From an uncultured Eubacteriales bacterium (GTDB lineage: Bacteria; Bacillota; Clostridia; Oscillospirales; CAG-272): a DNA stretch of 64,000 nucleotides. Shown one piece after another: positions 44,331 through 53,355 of the stretch. Under the pieces are notes generated by a model, which did no database searches, was not told the DNA's origin, and worked only from the letters and a program-made list of their open reading frames with translations. The position numbers were made by a program, and so were the translations under genes. The DNA lies in NCBI GenBank assembly GCA_934486825.1, contig CAKSQF010000003.1, forward strand, positions 25,771-89,770. The letters are read 5' to 3'. Position 1 is the stretch's first letter. The number at the start of each line of letters is the position of its first letter.

Positions 44331-45403
44331 AGAGAAGCCTTATAGATATATCAGAGCTGACTGTCGAAGAGATCGGCGGACTTATATCGACTGCCGAAGA
44401 TATAATTGCGCATCCGTCGGCTTACAGCGAAAGGTGCAAGGGGAAAAAGCTTGCAACACTCTTTTTTGAGCCGTCAACGAGAACAAGACTCAGCTTTGAG
44501 GCGGCAATGTATGAGCTCGGCGGGAATGTGATAGGATTTTCGGAAGCAAAAAGCTCTTCGGCATCAAAAGGGGAGAGCGTGGCGGACACGGCGAAGGTGA
44601 TCTCCTGCTATGCCGATATAATCGCAATGCGCCACCCAAAGGAGGGCGCGCCGCTTGTTGCGGCAGTCAATGCATCGATACCTGTTATAAACGCGGGGGA
44701 CGGCGGTCACTGCCATCCGACCCAGACGCTCGCCGATCTTTTTACAATATACAGAGAAAAAGGCGGATTCGACGGGCTTACCGTCGGGCTGTGCGGCGAT
44801 CTTAAATTCGGACGCACCGTTCATTCGCTTATAAATGCGCTCATACGCTATAAAAATGTCAGATTCGTGCTTATTTCTCCACCCGAGCTGAGGCTCCCGC
44901 AGTATATGAAGGAAATTCTCGACGGAAAAGGTGTTGAGTACACCGAAACGATCGGGCTTGACGAAGTCATGGCATCCCTTGATATCCTTTACATGACGAG
45001 GGTGCAGCAGGAAAGATTCACGAGCGAGGAGGAATACCTCCGTCTCAGGGATTCGTATATACTGACTCCCGAAAAAATGAAGCTCGGCGGACCGGGATTG
45101 CGTGTCCTTCATCCGCTCCCGCGGGTCAATGAGATCAGCGTTGAGGTTGACGGCGATCCGAGAGCCTGCTATTTCAAACAGGTTGAAAACGGCAAGTACA
45201 TGCGCATGGCGCTTATTCTCATGCTGCTTGCATCGGAGGAGACACCCGAAAATCCGCTTCTTTCGCCCGATCTTGTGAGGATCGGCAGATGCACAAATCC
45301 GCGCTGTATATCTTCGGTTGAGCAGGAGCTGCCGCCGCTGTTCAGATATACCGGGGACAATCGGCAAAACCGTCGGTGTATTTATTGCCAGTCAAAGGGT
45401 TAG
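44327..45403 (+). CDS. pyrB: aspartate carbamoyltransferase catalytic chain, fused at the C-terminus to a PyrI-type zinc domain
   Basis: Catalytic motifs are [21 protein letters not shown] and HPLPRV. The last roughly 45 aa, [35 protein letters not shown], match the CxxxxC...CxxC Zn domain of the ATCase regulatory chain. Confidence 0.85.
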   Translation: MKRSLIDISELTVEEIGGLISTAEDIIAHPSAYSERCKGKKLATLFFEPSTRTRLSFEAAMYELGGNVIGFSEAKSSSASKGESVADTAKVISCYADIIAMRHPKEGAPLVAAVNASIPVINAGDGGHCHPTQTLADLFTIYREKGGFDGLTVGLCGDLKFGRTVHSLINALIRYKNVRFVLISPPELRLPQYMKEILDGKGVEYTETIGLDEVMASLDILYMTRVQQERFTSEEEYLRLRDSYILTPEKMKLGGPGLRVLHPLPRVNEISVEVDGDPRACYFKQVENGKYMRMALILMLLASEETPENPLLSPDLVRIGRCTNPRCISSVEQELPPLFRYTGDNRQNRRCIYCQSKG

Positions 45404-45453
45404 TTAATTTTTTGTTAAATCTATTGACTTTTCGCGCATAATATATTATATAT

Positions 45454-45489
45454 ATTGCATACGAACATATTGCATACGAACATACGAAC
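45454..45489 (+). repeat. tandem direct repeat (15 bp x2 plus a partial copy) between promoter and RBS
   Basis: ATTGCATACGAACAT occurs at 45454-45468 and 45469-45483, then ACGAAC. The submotif CATACGAAC appears 3 times. A TTGACT -35 lies at 45424-45429. Confidence 0.7.
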
Positions 45490-45516
45490 TTTAATAAACA
45501 GATTGGAGCAATTATT

Positions 45517-46092
45517 ATGATAGATAACGCTTTGGGAAGAAAACGGCTCGGACTCGGAGTCAGGTTGACGGTAAAAACAGTGATAGCTCTTGCGGTTGTG
45601 GGACTTGCGGTCGCTCTGCCTCAGCTTGCACATCTCGCGATCGGACCCGGCGCGGGAATAAGATTTTTGCCGATGTATCTGCCGGTAATTATCGGCGGGT
45701 GTATGCTCGGTTGGCGCTTCGGCGCGGCTGTCGGCATGGCTTCACCGCTTGTAAGCTATCTTCTGACGTCGGCTGTCGGAACCGCAATGCCTGCGGCATC
45801 GAGACTTCCTTTCATGATGCTTGAGCTTTGCGTATTTGTGGCAGTCTGCGGCATGTTCTCAAAAAAGATCGCAAAAAACAGCATGATGTCATTGCCCGCG
45901 GTGCTCTGCGCACAGTTGTGCGGCAGATCGGCATTCCTTCTTTCGGTCGTGCTGTTCGGAAAAAGCGGATCGCTGACCGCGGAGATTGTTCTCGGACAGA
46001 TAAAGAGCGGCATACCCGGACTTGTCTGTCAGGCAGTGATTGTTCCGCTTGTTGTTGTCGGAATGAAGAAGCTTCTTGACAAAGTAGGATGA
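45517..46092 (+). CDS. ECF-transporter S-component-like membrane protein, substrate unknown
   Basis: About 6 TM helices. The motif FLPMYLPVIIGGCMLGWRFGAAVGMASPLVSYLL is typical of ECF substrate-capture subunits. No EcfA/EcfT genes are nearby. Confidence 0.55.
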   Translation: MIDNALGRKRLGLGVRLTVKTVIALAVVGLAVALPQLAHLAIGPGAGIRFLPMYLPVIIGGCMLGWRFGAAVGMASPLVSYLLTSAVGTAMPAASRLPFMMLELCVFVAVCGMFSKKIAKNSMMSLPAVLCAQLCGRSAFLLSVVLFGKSGSLTAEIVLGQIKSGIPGLVCQAVIVPLVVVGMKKLLDKVG

Positions 46093-46113
46093 CCGAAAAG
46101 AGAGGATGTTATA

Positions 46114-46539
46114 ATGAACGATATAGAGATAGCAAGGAAGAATCTTGTCGGACACACGCTCTCTCTCTGTAAGGACGGCTATGTTGTAACGAGCGGCGAG
46201 CGCGGAGTTTATCCTATGATAAACATGCTGCGCATGGGTCACGACGTGTCGGGATATTCTGCGGCGGATAAGGTCGTGGGCAAAGCGGCGGCAATCCTCT
46301 TTGTGCAGGGCGGCATTGCCGAGGTCTACGCCGACGTTATATCCGAAAGCGGACTTGAGCTTCTGCGCTCACACGGTATACCCGTCGGTTACGGAAAGCT
46401 TGTCGATAAAATAATGAACCGTGACGGCACAGATATCTGTCCTATGGAAAAGCTGGTTGAGAATGAAAACGATATACATACCGGTGCGATAAAGATTACC
46501 GACAAAGCTATAGAAATGCGAATGAAAAACAGGTCATGA
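46114..46539 (+). CDS. DUF1893 (TM1506-like) protein
   Basis: GHTLSLCKDG..., DKVVGKAAAILFVQGGIAEVYADVISESGLELLRSHGI and CPMEK are as I recall for the DUF1893 family. Confidence 0.55.
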   Translation: MNDIEIARKNLVGHTLSLCKDGYVVTSGERGVYPMINMLRMGHDVSGYSAADKVVGKAAAILFVQGGIAEVYADVISESGLELLRSHGIPVGYGKLVDKIMNRDGTDICPMEKLVENENDIHTGAIKITDKAIEMRMKNRS

Positions 46540-46562
46540 CCGATCGGTCATAACCTGTTTTT
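46525..46562. terminator. bidirectional rho-independent terminator
   Basis: AACAGGT..ATGACC GATC GGTCAT..ACCTGTT compound stem, flanked by AAAAA and TTTTT between convergent genes. Confidence 0.75.
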
Positions 46563-46573
46563 ATAATATTTTG

Positions 46574-46858
46574 TCAGCAGACAAAATCTATTGCCTTGCG
46601 GTCAATGCGTATCTCCTTGCAGAGAGCGGATGCCTTTATGTGTTCGGGATGATTTTTGTAGCGCTCAAGTGCTTCGAACGACTCAAACTTTGATATAAGT
46701 ATAGCGTCATAGTCGTTTTCGGGGTTGACGTTTACCCCTGTTTCCATCTCGATTATCTCGGGAATGATCGGTCTGAGGCTCTCAAGCGCGTCAAGAAATT
46801 TGCGCATTGCCGCCTCTTCGTTTTCTTTGAATTTCCATATCACAACGTGTTTTATCAT
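46574..46858 (-). CDS. Dabb (stress-responsive alpha/beta-barrel) family protein
   Basis: MIKHVVIWKFKE..., FESFEALERYKNHPEH. The ORF is 94 aa. Confidence 0.8.
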   Translation of the reverse strand: MIKHVVIWKFKENEEAAMRKFLDALESLRPIIPEIIEMETGVNVNPENDYDAILISKFESFEALERYKNHPEHIKASALCKEIRIDRKAIDFVC

Positions 46859-46942
46859 GTTATTTCCCTTTCGTGTGTACTGACTGACATGATTATATCA
46901 CATAAAGTCGCTTTTTTCAAGGAGCTTTCTGTATTTCTGCCT

Positions 46943-47377
46943 TTACGGGGCGAAAGCTTCTCCGAAATATTCCCCGCCTTTGGCATTGAGAAAATCGCGA
47001 AGTTCATTGCCTTTAAGATAGTACAGATTGTAGCACTTTTTACCCGATTTGTTCCGAAGAACCACTTCAAAATCAAATTTTTTTGTTCCGAAGGATCCTA
47101 CGCATAACTTTTTCCCGTTTTTTAAATATACAACAGCACCGAACTGGATAGTTGTACCGACATCGTAAACCCTCCAAGCGGCGTATTTTGCCTTTCGGTA
47201 AAGCTTTATGAATTCTTTCGTTTCGGCTTCGTTGAGGGTATATTCACCCAATGGCGCATTCCAGATCACGATTTTATCGACCTTACTCCGGGACAGTGCG
47301 ACATACCCGCTTACAATATACAAAACAGTGCCCAGAACTATCACTGCGATCGCGATAATAATAAGTTTTTTCTTCAT
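46943..47377 (-). CDS. hypothetical membrane-anchored protein
   Basis: GGAGGA precedes ATG 47377. N-terminal TM helix KKKLIIIAIAVIVLGTVLYIV. I recognise no family. Confidence 0.5.
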   Translation of the reverse strand: MKKKLIIIAIAVIVLGTVLYIVSGYVALSRSKVDKIVIWNAPLGEYTLNEAETKEFIKLYRKAKYAAWRVYDVGTTIQFGAVVYLKNGKKLCVGSFGTKKFDFEVVLRNKSGKKCYNLYYLKGNELRDFLNAKGGEYFGEAFAP

Positions 47378-47668
47378 TGCCGTCCTCCGTTTTTGTGTTT
47401 TTTTCGGTAAGGCAAACGGGTGTTTCCGTTTTGAACCGTTCGTATGAAGTATACCATAATATTGATGAAAAATCAATATATCAAAATACAAAAAATACAA
47501 AATTTTCAAAATTTGTTTGTCGGTGTGACATTTAAAAAACAGCGTCGGTCATACTGGGATGGCAGCATATTGTTCTTGACAGGTGTGACGAAAAAAGATA
47601 TACTGTTTTTATGGATTACAAATGAAACCAATATTGGTGCAAACCTAAGCGAAGGATGGATTGTAAAA

Positions 47669-48286
47669 ATGAACGATAAATGGCTTGAATTTGCGATGCG
47701 CATCCAGAGCATTGCGCAGGCGGGACTTCAGTACGGCAAAGACAGATATGATATTGAACGGTATGAACAGCTGCGCACTATCGCCGCGGAAATGGTTTCG
47801 GAAAGAACCGATCTGCCGCTTGAGCGTGTAAGCGAGCTGTTCTGCAACGAAACAGGTTATCAGACTCCGAAGATCGATACGAGAGCGGCGGTTTTTTCGG
47901 ACGGAAAGATACTTCTTGTTCACGAAAACAACGGTACATGGTCACTGCCCGGAGGGTGGTGCGATGTTGACATGTCTGTTGCGTCAAATGTCGAAAAAGA
48001 GGTCAGGGAAGAGTCGGGACTTACCGTCGTGTCCGAAAGGCTAATTGCGGTTCAGGACTGGCGCAGACACAACGTGACAAATTATATCTGGGGAGTTATC
48101 AAGTTTTTTGTCCTGTGCAGATACGAGAGCGGAAATTTCGAAGAAAATATCGAAACGACCGAAATCGGATTTTTCGGCAGGGACGAGCTTCCCGAAGAGC
48201 TCGCAACCGAGAAAAACACAAAGCAGCAGATACTTATGTGCTTTGATTTTCTCAAAAATCCCGATGCTCCGACGCTTTTCGACTGA
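47669..48286 (+). CDS. NUDIX hydrolase with a Nudix_N-type N-terminal helical domain
   Basis: N-terminus MNDKWLEFAMRIQSIAQAGLQYGKDRYDIERYEQL. The Nudix box is GGWCDVDMSVASNVEKEVREESGL. Confidence 0.8.
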   Translation: MNDKWLEFAMRIQSIAQAGLQYGKDRYDIERYEQLRTIAAEMVSERTDLPLERVSELFCNETGYQTPKIDTRAAVFSDGKILLVHENNGTWSLPGGWCDVDMSVASNVEKEVREESGLTVVSERLIAVQDWRRHNVTNYIWGVIKFFVLCRYESGNFEENIETTEIGFFGRDELPEELATEKNTKQQILMCFDFLKNPDAPTLFD

Positions 48287-48307
48287 TTGCGGAAATGCAT
48301 AAAAACA

Positions 48308-48368
48308 GCACAGGCAGCCGAGCGGTGTAATTTGTGTGATTGTGAATCACGACCGCCCGTGCCTGTGC
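48308..48368 (-). terminator. long imperfect hairpin terminator downstream of the TetR gene
   Basis: GCACAGGCA ... TGCCTGTGC outer stem with a nested GTGATT/AATCAC hairpin. There is a U-run on the minus-strand 3' side. Confidence 0.45.
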
Positions 48369-48391
48369 CGCACGCAAGATTTTCGCATGAA

Positions 48392-48979
48392 TTATTGTGG
48401 TTTTTTCTGCGGCTGTGTCCGCCGCTCCACAAAGAGCCGTATCCACAGCTTGGTGTATGAGTCCAGATCGTCGAGCGTTACATCCGACAGTCCGCGGCAG
48501 TATTTGACATATTCGCAGAGAAGTCCGTTTACGAAAACCGCAATGTCAAGCGCAAGATATTCCTTGTTTTTTATTCTCTCGTCGCGGTTGCACAGCTCAA
48601 GAAACTTGTTCGTCGCAATCGTCGTCAGCTTCTTTGCCGCAAAAAGAAAATCGTTTGAGCGGCAGAGCAGCTTGTAATTTTCATCGTTTTCCCGGATGTA
48701 TCGGAAGAATATCTCGGCAAATTTCTCGGCGTTTACCGCCTCAACAAGCTTTGTATTGTCAAAAAATCTGTCGATGAGCTCGTTTTCGTAGTCTTCCGCA
48801 ATGCCGTATGTGTCGTCATAATGTGAATAAAAGGTTCCGCGGCTTATGTCGGCGCGGGCGCACAACTCGCTGACCGATATTTTGGAAATTTCCTTATATT
48901 CGGACAGCATCTCGGCAAATACGCTCTTGATAAGACGTTTGGTTTTTGCGGATGAACGGTTCAGGTTCTTCACTTTCAT
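48392..48979 (-). CDS. TetR/AcrR-family transcriptional regulator
   Basis: N-terminal HTH: RLIKSVFAEMLSEYKEISKISVSELCARADISRGTFYSHY. It is divergent from the ABC operon. Confidence 0.85.
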   Translation of the reverse strand: MKVKNLNRSSAKTKRLIKSVFAEMLSEYKEISKISVSELCARADISRGTFYSHYDDTYGIAEDYENELIDRFFDNTKLVEAVNAEKFAEIFFRYIRENDENYKLLCRSNDFLFAAKKLTTIATNKFLELCNRDERIKNKEYLALDIAVFVNGLLCEYVKYCRGLSDVTLDDLDSYTKLWIRLFVERRTQPQKKPQ

Positions 48980-49175
48980 AGTTATTCCGACCTCTTTTTT
49001 ATATTGCAGTGGCTTTCTCACAGGGGAAAGTCGCTTTTTTTACAGTTTTATATACAGTGTCAATATTTTAACACTGATTGCAAAATTGCTCTTCCTTTTG
49101 CCTGCAAAATAATTATAATACAACATTGTTGAAATGTCAACAGTGTTCAATAAAAAAGAGAACAGGAGGAACTGT

Positions 49176-50108
49176 ATGCACACGATAGAAGTGGAGCACC
49201 TGACAAAGGACTATGGCTCCGGGCGCGGCGTGTTTGATGTCAGCATCGAGGTGGATAAGGGAGATGTTTTCGGCTTTCTCGGACCGAACGGTGCGGGCAA
49301 ATCGACTACCATCCGTCATCTTATGGGATTTTCAAAGCCGGACAGCGGGAGCACAAGGATCGAGGGTGTTGAAACATTTTCTGACTATTCCAAGGTGCTC
49401 AGTCACGTCGGATATATTCCGGGCGAGATCGCACTGCCTGCCGGACTTACCGGATGGGAGTTCATCAGGATGATGCAGAATCTTCAGAAGATTCACAATG
49501 AGGAATGTCTTGCTTCCATGCTGAAGCTTTTCGAGCTTGAGGACGAGGTGCTCCGCGGGGACACCAAGCGTATGAGTCTCGGAGTAAAGCGGAAGCTGGC
49601 GGTAGTCACGGCGTTTATGTCCGATCCCGACGTACTTATACTTGACGAGCCGACAAGCGGACTGGATCCTGTAATGCAGGAGAATTTTATAGAGTTTATT
49701 CATAAGGAGAAGTCACGCGGGAAGACGATTCTGCTGTCCAGCCACATTTTCTCGGAAATAGACTCAACCTGCGACAGGATCGCCATTATCAAGGACGGAC
49801 ATATCGTATCCCAGTTTGTGGCTGACGATCTGAGGCACGCGTCACGCAAGTATTACACCGTATCCTTTGCCGACAGATCGGCGAAGTCGGAATTTGTCGG
49901 CAAAGCCGCCGCCCTTTCGTCGTTCAACCTGATACGGGAAGAGAACAACGAGGCATATCTGTCGATCGACGACAGCGATCTCAATGAACTTATCGCATTG
50001 CTTGCGGCAACACACGCGACCGCCTTCAGCAACCGTCGGGAAACACTGGAGGATTATTTCCTCAGATTTTATAAGGAAGATAAGGATTTCGGAGGTGCTT
50101 TGAAGTGA
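49176..50108 (+). CDS. ABC transporter ATP-binding protein (NBD 1)
   Basis: Walker A GPNGAGKST, signature-like MSLGVKRK, Walker B LILDEPTSGLD. AGGAGG precedes ATG 49176. Confidence 0.88.
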   Translation: MHTIEVEHLTKDYGSGRGVFDVSIEVDKGDVFGFLGPNGAGKSTTIRHLMGFSKPDSGSTRIEGVETFSDYSKVLSHVGYIPGEIALPAGLTGWEFIRMMQNLQKIHNEECLASMLKLFELEDEVLRGDTKRMSLGVKRKLAVVTAFMSDPDVLILDEPTSGLDPVMQENFIEFIHKEKSRGKTILLSSHIFSEIDSTCDRIAIIKDGHIVSQFVADDLRHASRKYYTVSFADRSAKSEFVGKAAALSSFNLIREENNEAYLSIDDSDLNELIALLAATHATAFSNRRETLEDYFLRFYKEDKDFGGALK

Positions 50109-51019
50109 GCGTAATCGAATGCAGACAGCTTACCAAGGATTTCGGCGACGGGCGCGGTATTTTCGGACTTGATCTGAATATCGAAGAGGGCGAGATGGTA
50201 GGATTTGTCGGTACAAACGGAAGCGGAAAGACAACCACTATCCGCAATATGCTGGGCTTTCTCAAGCCGACCTCGGGCGAGGTCAGCGTGAACGGACTTT
50301 CATCATGGGAGCACGCAAGCGAGATTGCACGCAGCGTCGGCTATGTTCCGGGCGAAATCGCTTTTCCCGATCTGAAGACAGGTATTGATTTTCTCAAATG
50401 TCAGGCAGACTTTCTGGGACTTAAGGATATGAGCTACGCAAACGAGCTGATCGAACGTCTCCAGCTTGACCCGAGAGCCAATCTGAAGCGTATGAGTAAG
50501 GGTATGAAACAGAAGACCGCGCTGGTTGCGGCACTGATGAACGATGCGCCGATCATCCTTCTGGATGAGCCGACGACCGGACTTGACCCGCTTATGCGTA
50601 TTACCTTCCTTGATATAATCAGGGAAGAGCATAAAAAAGGCAAGACGGTGTTCATGAGCAGCCACAGCTTTGAGGAGCTTGAAACTACCTGCGATCGCGT
50701 GGCTCTGATAAATGACGGACATATTATTGACGTCTGCAATATGAACGATATCGTCAACCGACCGGTCAAAGAATTCAAGATCGAATTTCATACCGAATCG
50801 GATTATCTGAGATTTCTCGGTGAGCGGTATGAGGTCATCCGCCGCCAGCCGCAGTACAATCAGGCGACCATACGCATTTCATCAAACGAAACGGCAGATC
50901 TTCTCGGCTCACTCAAAAGCTATGATGTGAAGTTTATATCCGAGCTGCCATATACATTGGAAATGCACTTCAAAAAAATACTTTTTGCTAAAAAGGAGAA
51001 TGAAAGCCATGTTCAGTAA
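50105..51019 (+). CDS. ABC transporter ATP-binding protein (NBD 2)
   Basis: Walker A GTNGSGKTT, signature-like MSKGMKQK, Walker B ILLDEPTTGLD. The GTG start overlaps the upstream stop. Confidence 0.85.
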   Translation: MSVIECRQLTKDFGDGRGIFGLDLNIEEGEMVGFVGTNGSGKTTTIRNMLGFLKPTSGEVSVNGLSSWEHASEIARSVGYVPGEIAFPDLKTGIDFLKCQADFLGLKDMSYANELIERLQLDPRANLKRMSKGMKQKTALVAALMNDAPIILLDEPTTGLDPLMRITFLDIIREEHKKGKTVFMSSHSFEELETTCDRVALINDGHIIDVCNMNDIVNRPVKEFKIEFHTESDYLRFLGERYEVIRRQPQYNQATIRISSNETADLLGSLKSYDVKFISELPYTLEMHFKKILFAKKENESHVQ

Positions 51020-52826
51020 AGCACTTTTCAAGCAGTCGTGCAAGGCAAACGGAACGATGTGGAGCATAATTACCTTTGCGGTCTGCTTCATGCTTGCCTG
51101 CGTAATGCTGATCTCGGGTAACGGAAGTATCGGCGAGGTCAAGAACTCAATACAGGACACCATTATCGTTAAGGAAATAGACGCGAGCCTTGAGCTGCGC
51201 GCGGTAAACTACTACGTAAACGCAACAGACGGTCTGTCCGAATTTGACAGACTGTTTGCAAAGAACGCAACCGATACGCTCTCCTATCTGACATGGCTGT
51301 CAGCCATGCCCGATCAGACGCAGATCACCGATCCCGAGCAGTATGCGGCTGCAATGAAGCAGTGGCAGAGCGCCAAGCCCGAAATGAAGACCGAGGCGGG
51401 TAAGAGCCTTGAAAAAGCGGTCGGTGAGTGGCAGGCAAAGAAGCCGGATATGTCAGCCTTTGGGTCGGCGGAGGAGTATGCCGCCGCAATGAAGCAGTGG
51501 GCGGACGCAAGTCCCGCCACGGCTGAAAACGGAGTGAAGCTTGCATATTCGATCGCGGCAGAAGACCTTCAGGAATATGTGTATGCAAAAGCGGTCGCAA
51601 TCAATCCCGCCTATACGCGCGAATCTGATGAGGCAAAGGAAATGCTCGGCGTTGTGATGTATACGCTCAACCCGAACGGAATGTTCAATGATTCCTTCTA
51701 CCTTGTGCATGAAAAGAAGGCTCCCGATGAGTATGATTATATGTCGGTTATCGGACACATACAGGCGGGCGATGTTGACGCCTACCTTGACGGCAGTGAA
51801 AGAAGCAAATACCGCTCCGCACGTGCCGAGGACTGCTCGGCGATGTTCCTTGCGGGCAATATGACCGAGGCATCCAATGTCGAAAAGATCGTAAGCAATC
51901 TGTCTTCCTTCGGCGTGACCATGGAGAAGTACAACAGCTTCGGTTATACTTATGATTCGATCAAGCATCTTGCAAACACCACGGCGATCACCTACGGCAA
52001 CCGCTTCTCCTATGAGATGGAACTGCTTGAAGAGCGTCGGGCAAACGGCGAATTTGCCGATGATGCCGCTTATAAGAAGGCTGTTGAGGATAAGACCGCA
52101 GAGCTTACAGCCGATGTGACCGGCAGTCTGCTGTCCGCGCTTCCGCAGGAGGTTTCGGACGCGCTTGAGGAGGTCGGAAAAGCCGATCTGTATACACTTA
52201 TCGTCGGTTCGATCTTCTACAAACTCGCAGGTCTGCTTCTGCCGATCATCTATATGATAATGGTTTCCAACAACCTGATTGCGGGACAGGTGGACAGCGG
52301 CTCGATGGCATATGTGCTCTCCACCTCCACAAAGCGCAGTACGGTAGTATTTACACAGGCGCTCTATCTTATCGGATCGTTGTTTGCAATGTTCTGCCTG
52401 ACAACGGCAACCGGTTGTGTCTGCCTGTCGATCGTTTCCGAGGATATCAAGCTGACCTACGGCAAGCTGATTCTGCTCAATGTCGGCGCATTCCTGGTAC
52501 TGTTTGCGCTTTCGGGACTCTGCTTCTTCACGTCATGCTGGTTCGACCGCAGTAAGCGTTCGATGGCGATAGGCGGCGGTCTCAGTATTTTCGCACTGGT
52601 TGCCGCTATGCTCGGACTGTTCGGAAGCCCGGTCATTCCTTCGGTCGTGCGCCTTGACAGCCTGAATTACTTCAACTATGCGACGATTATCTCCTTCTTC
52701 GATGTGATCTCCATAATGGACGGAACCGAAACCTTCCTGTGGAAGTTTGCAATCCTTGCGGTAATGGGACTTGTCGGATATATCGTCGGTTCGGTACGGT
52801 TTACAAAGAAGGATCTGCCGCTCTAA
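51009..52826 (+). CDS. ABC-2-type permease with a roughly 350-aa extracytoplasmic domain
   Basis: One N-terminal TM helix, a long soluble loop with the internal repeat (E)(Q/E)YAAAMKQW x2, then 5 C-terminal TM helices. Confidence 0.7.
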   Translation: MFSKALFKQSCKANGTMWSIITFAVCFMLACVMLISGNGSIGEVKNSIQDTIIVKEIDASLELRAVNYYVNATDGLSEFDRLFAKNATDTLSYLTWLSAMPDQTQITDPEQYAAAMKQWQSAKPEMKTEAGKSLEKAVGEWQAKKPDMSAFGSAEEYAAAMKQWADASPATAENGVKLAYSIAAEDLQEYVYAKAVAINPAYTRESDEAKEMLGVVMYTLNPNGMFNDSFYLVHEKKAPDEYDYMSVIGHIQAGDVDAYLDGSERSKYRSARAEDCSAMFLAGNMTEASNVEKIVSNLSSFGVTMEKYNSFGYTYDSIKHLANTTAITYGNRFSYEMELLEERRANGEFADDAAYKKAVEDKTAELTADVTGSLLSALPQEVSDALEEVGKADLYTLIVGSIFYKLAGLLLPIIYMIMVSNNLIAGQVDSGSMAYVLSTSTKRSTVVFTQALYLIGSLFAMFCLTTATGCVCLSIVSEDIKLTYGKLILLNVGAFLVLFALSGLCFFTSCWFDRSKRSMAIGGGLSIFALVAAMLGLFGSPVIPSVVRLDSLNYFNYATIISFFDVISIMDGTETFLWKFAILAVMGLVGYIVGSVRFTKKDLPL

Positions 52827-52854
52827 TGCGCGGATAAAATAAAGGAGAAAAACA

Positions 52855-53313
52855 ATGTTTGATTTTTCAAAGCTGTGTAAAGAATACGAGGAGCTTTCGA
52901 CTCCCGAGCGGAGCATGTTGCTTACGGGAAAGGCTGTGAGCGTGCTTGCGGGACTCGATCGGCTGAACATACCGGGCGTGGATCCCGTGCATACTCTGGC
53001 GGGCTTTATACTCGGTGCGGTGACGGCGGACGGACGCATAAACGAGCAGGAGTATCTGCTCATTTATCCGGCACTTCTGCATGTATTCGGAAACGATTTT
53101 GATTACGAAAGCGTCAGAAAGTCCTTCCGTGCCGACCGCGACGGCAGAAATGCAGTCAGACAGTATACACGGGATATGCTCGGGTTGCTGTCGCTTGCGG
53201 ATGAGGAGCTTCGGGACGATGTAATTATGCTTTGCCTTTGCGTCGTAAGCATAGACAAAAAAATATCGCTCCGTGAGCGGCACTACATCCGTCAGCTTGT
53301 AAAGCAGGGATGA
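52855..53313 (+). CDS. TerB-like (tellurite-resistance TerB/DjlA-N fold) protein
   Basis: Two ADGRI-type motifs: AVTADGRINEQEYLLIYPAL and VVSIDKKISLRERHYIRQL. The ORF is 152 aa. Confidence 0.5.
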   Translation: MFDFSKLCKEYEELSTPERSMLLTGKAVSVLAGLDRLNIPGVDPVHTLAGFILGAVTADGRINEQEYLLIYPALLHVFGNDFDYESVRKSFRADRDGRNAVRQYTRDMLGLLSLADEELRDDVIMLCLCVVSIDKKISLRERHYIRQLVKQG

Positions 53314-53316
53314 TAC

Positions 53317-53355
53317 AAAAAACTGTCTGCGCATTTTCTGCGCAGACAGTTTTTT
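53317..53355. terminator. bidirectional rho-independent terminator
   Basis: 12-bp stem ACTGTCTGCGCA / TGCGCAGACAGT with loop TTTTC, flanked by A6 and T6. Confidence 0.85.
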
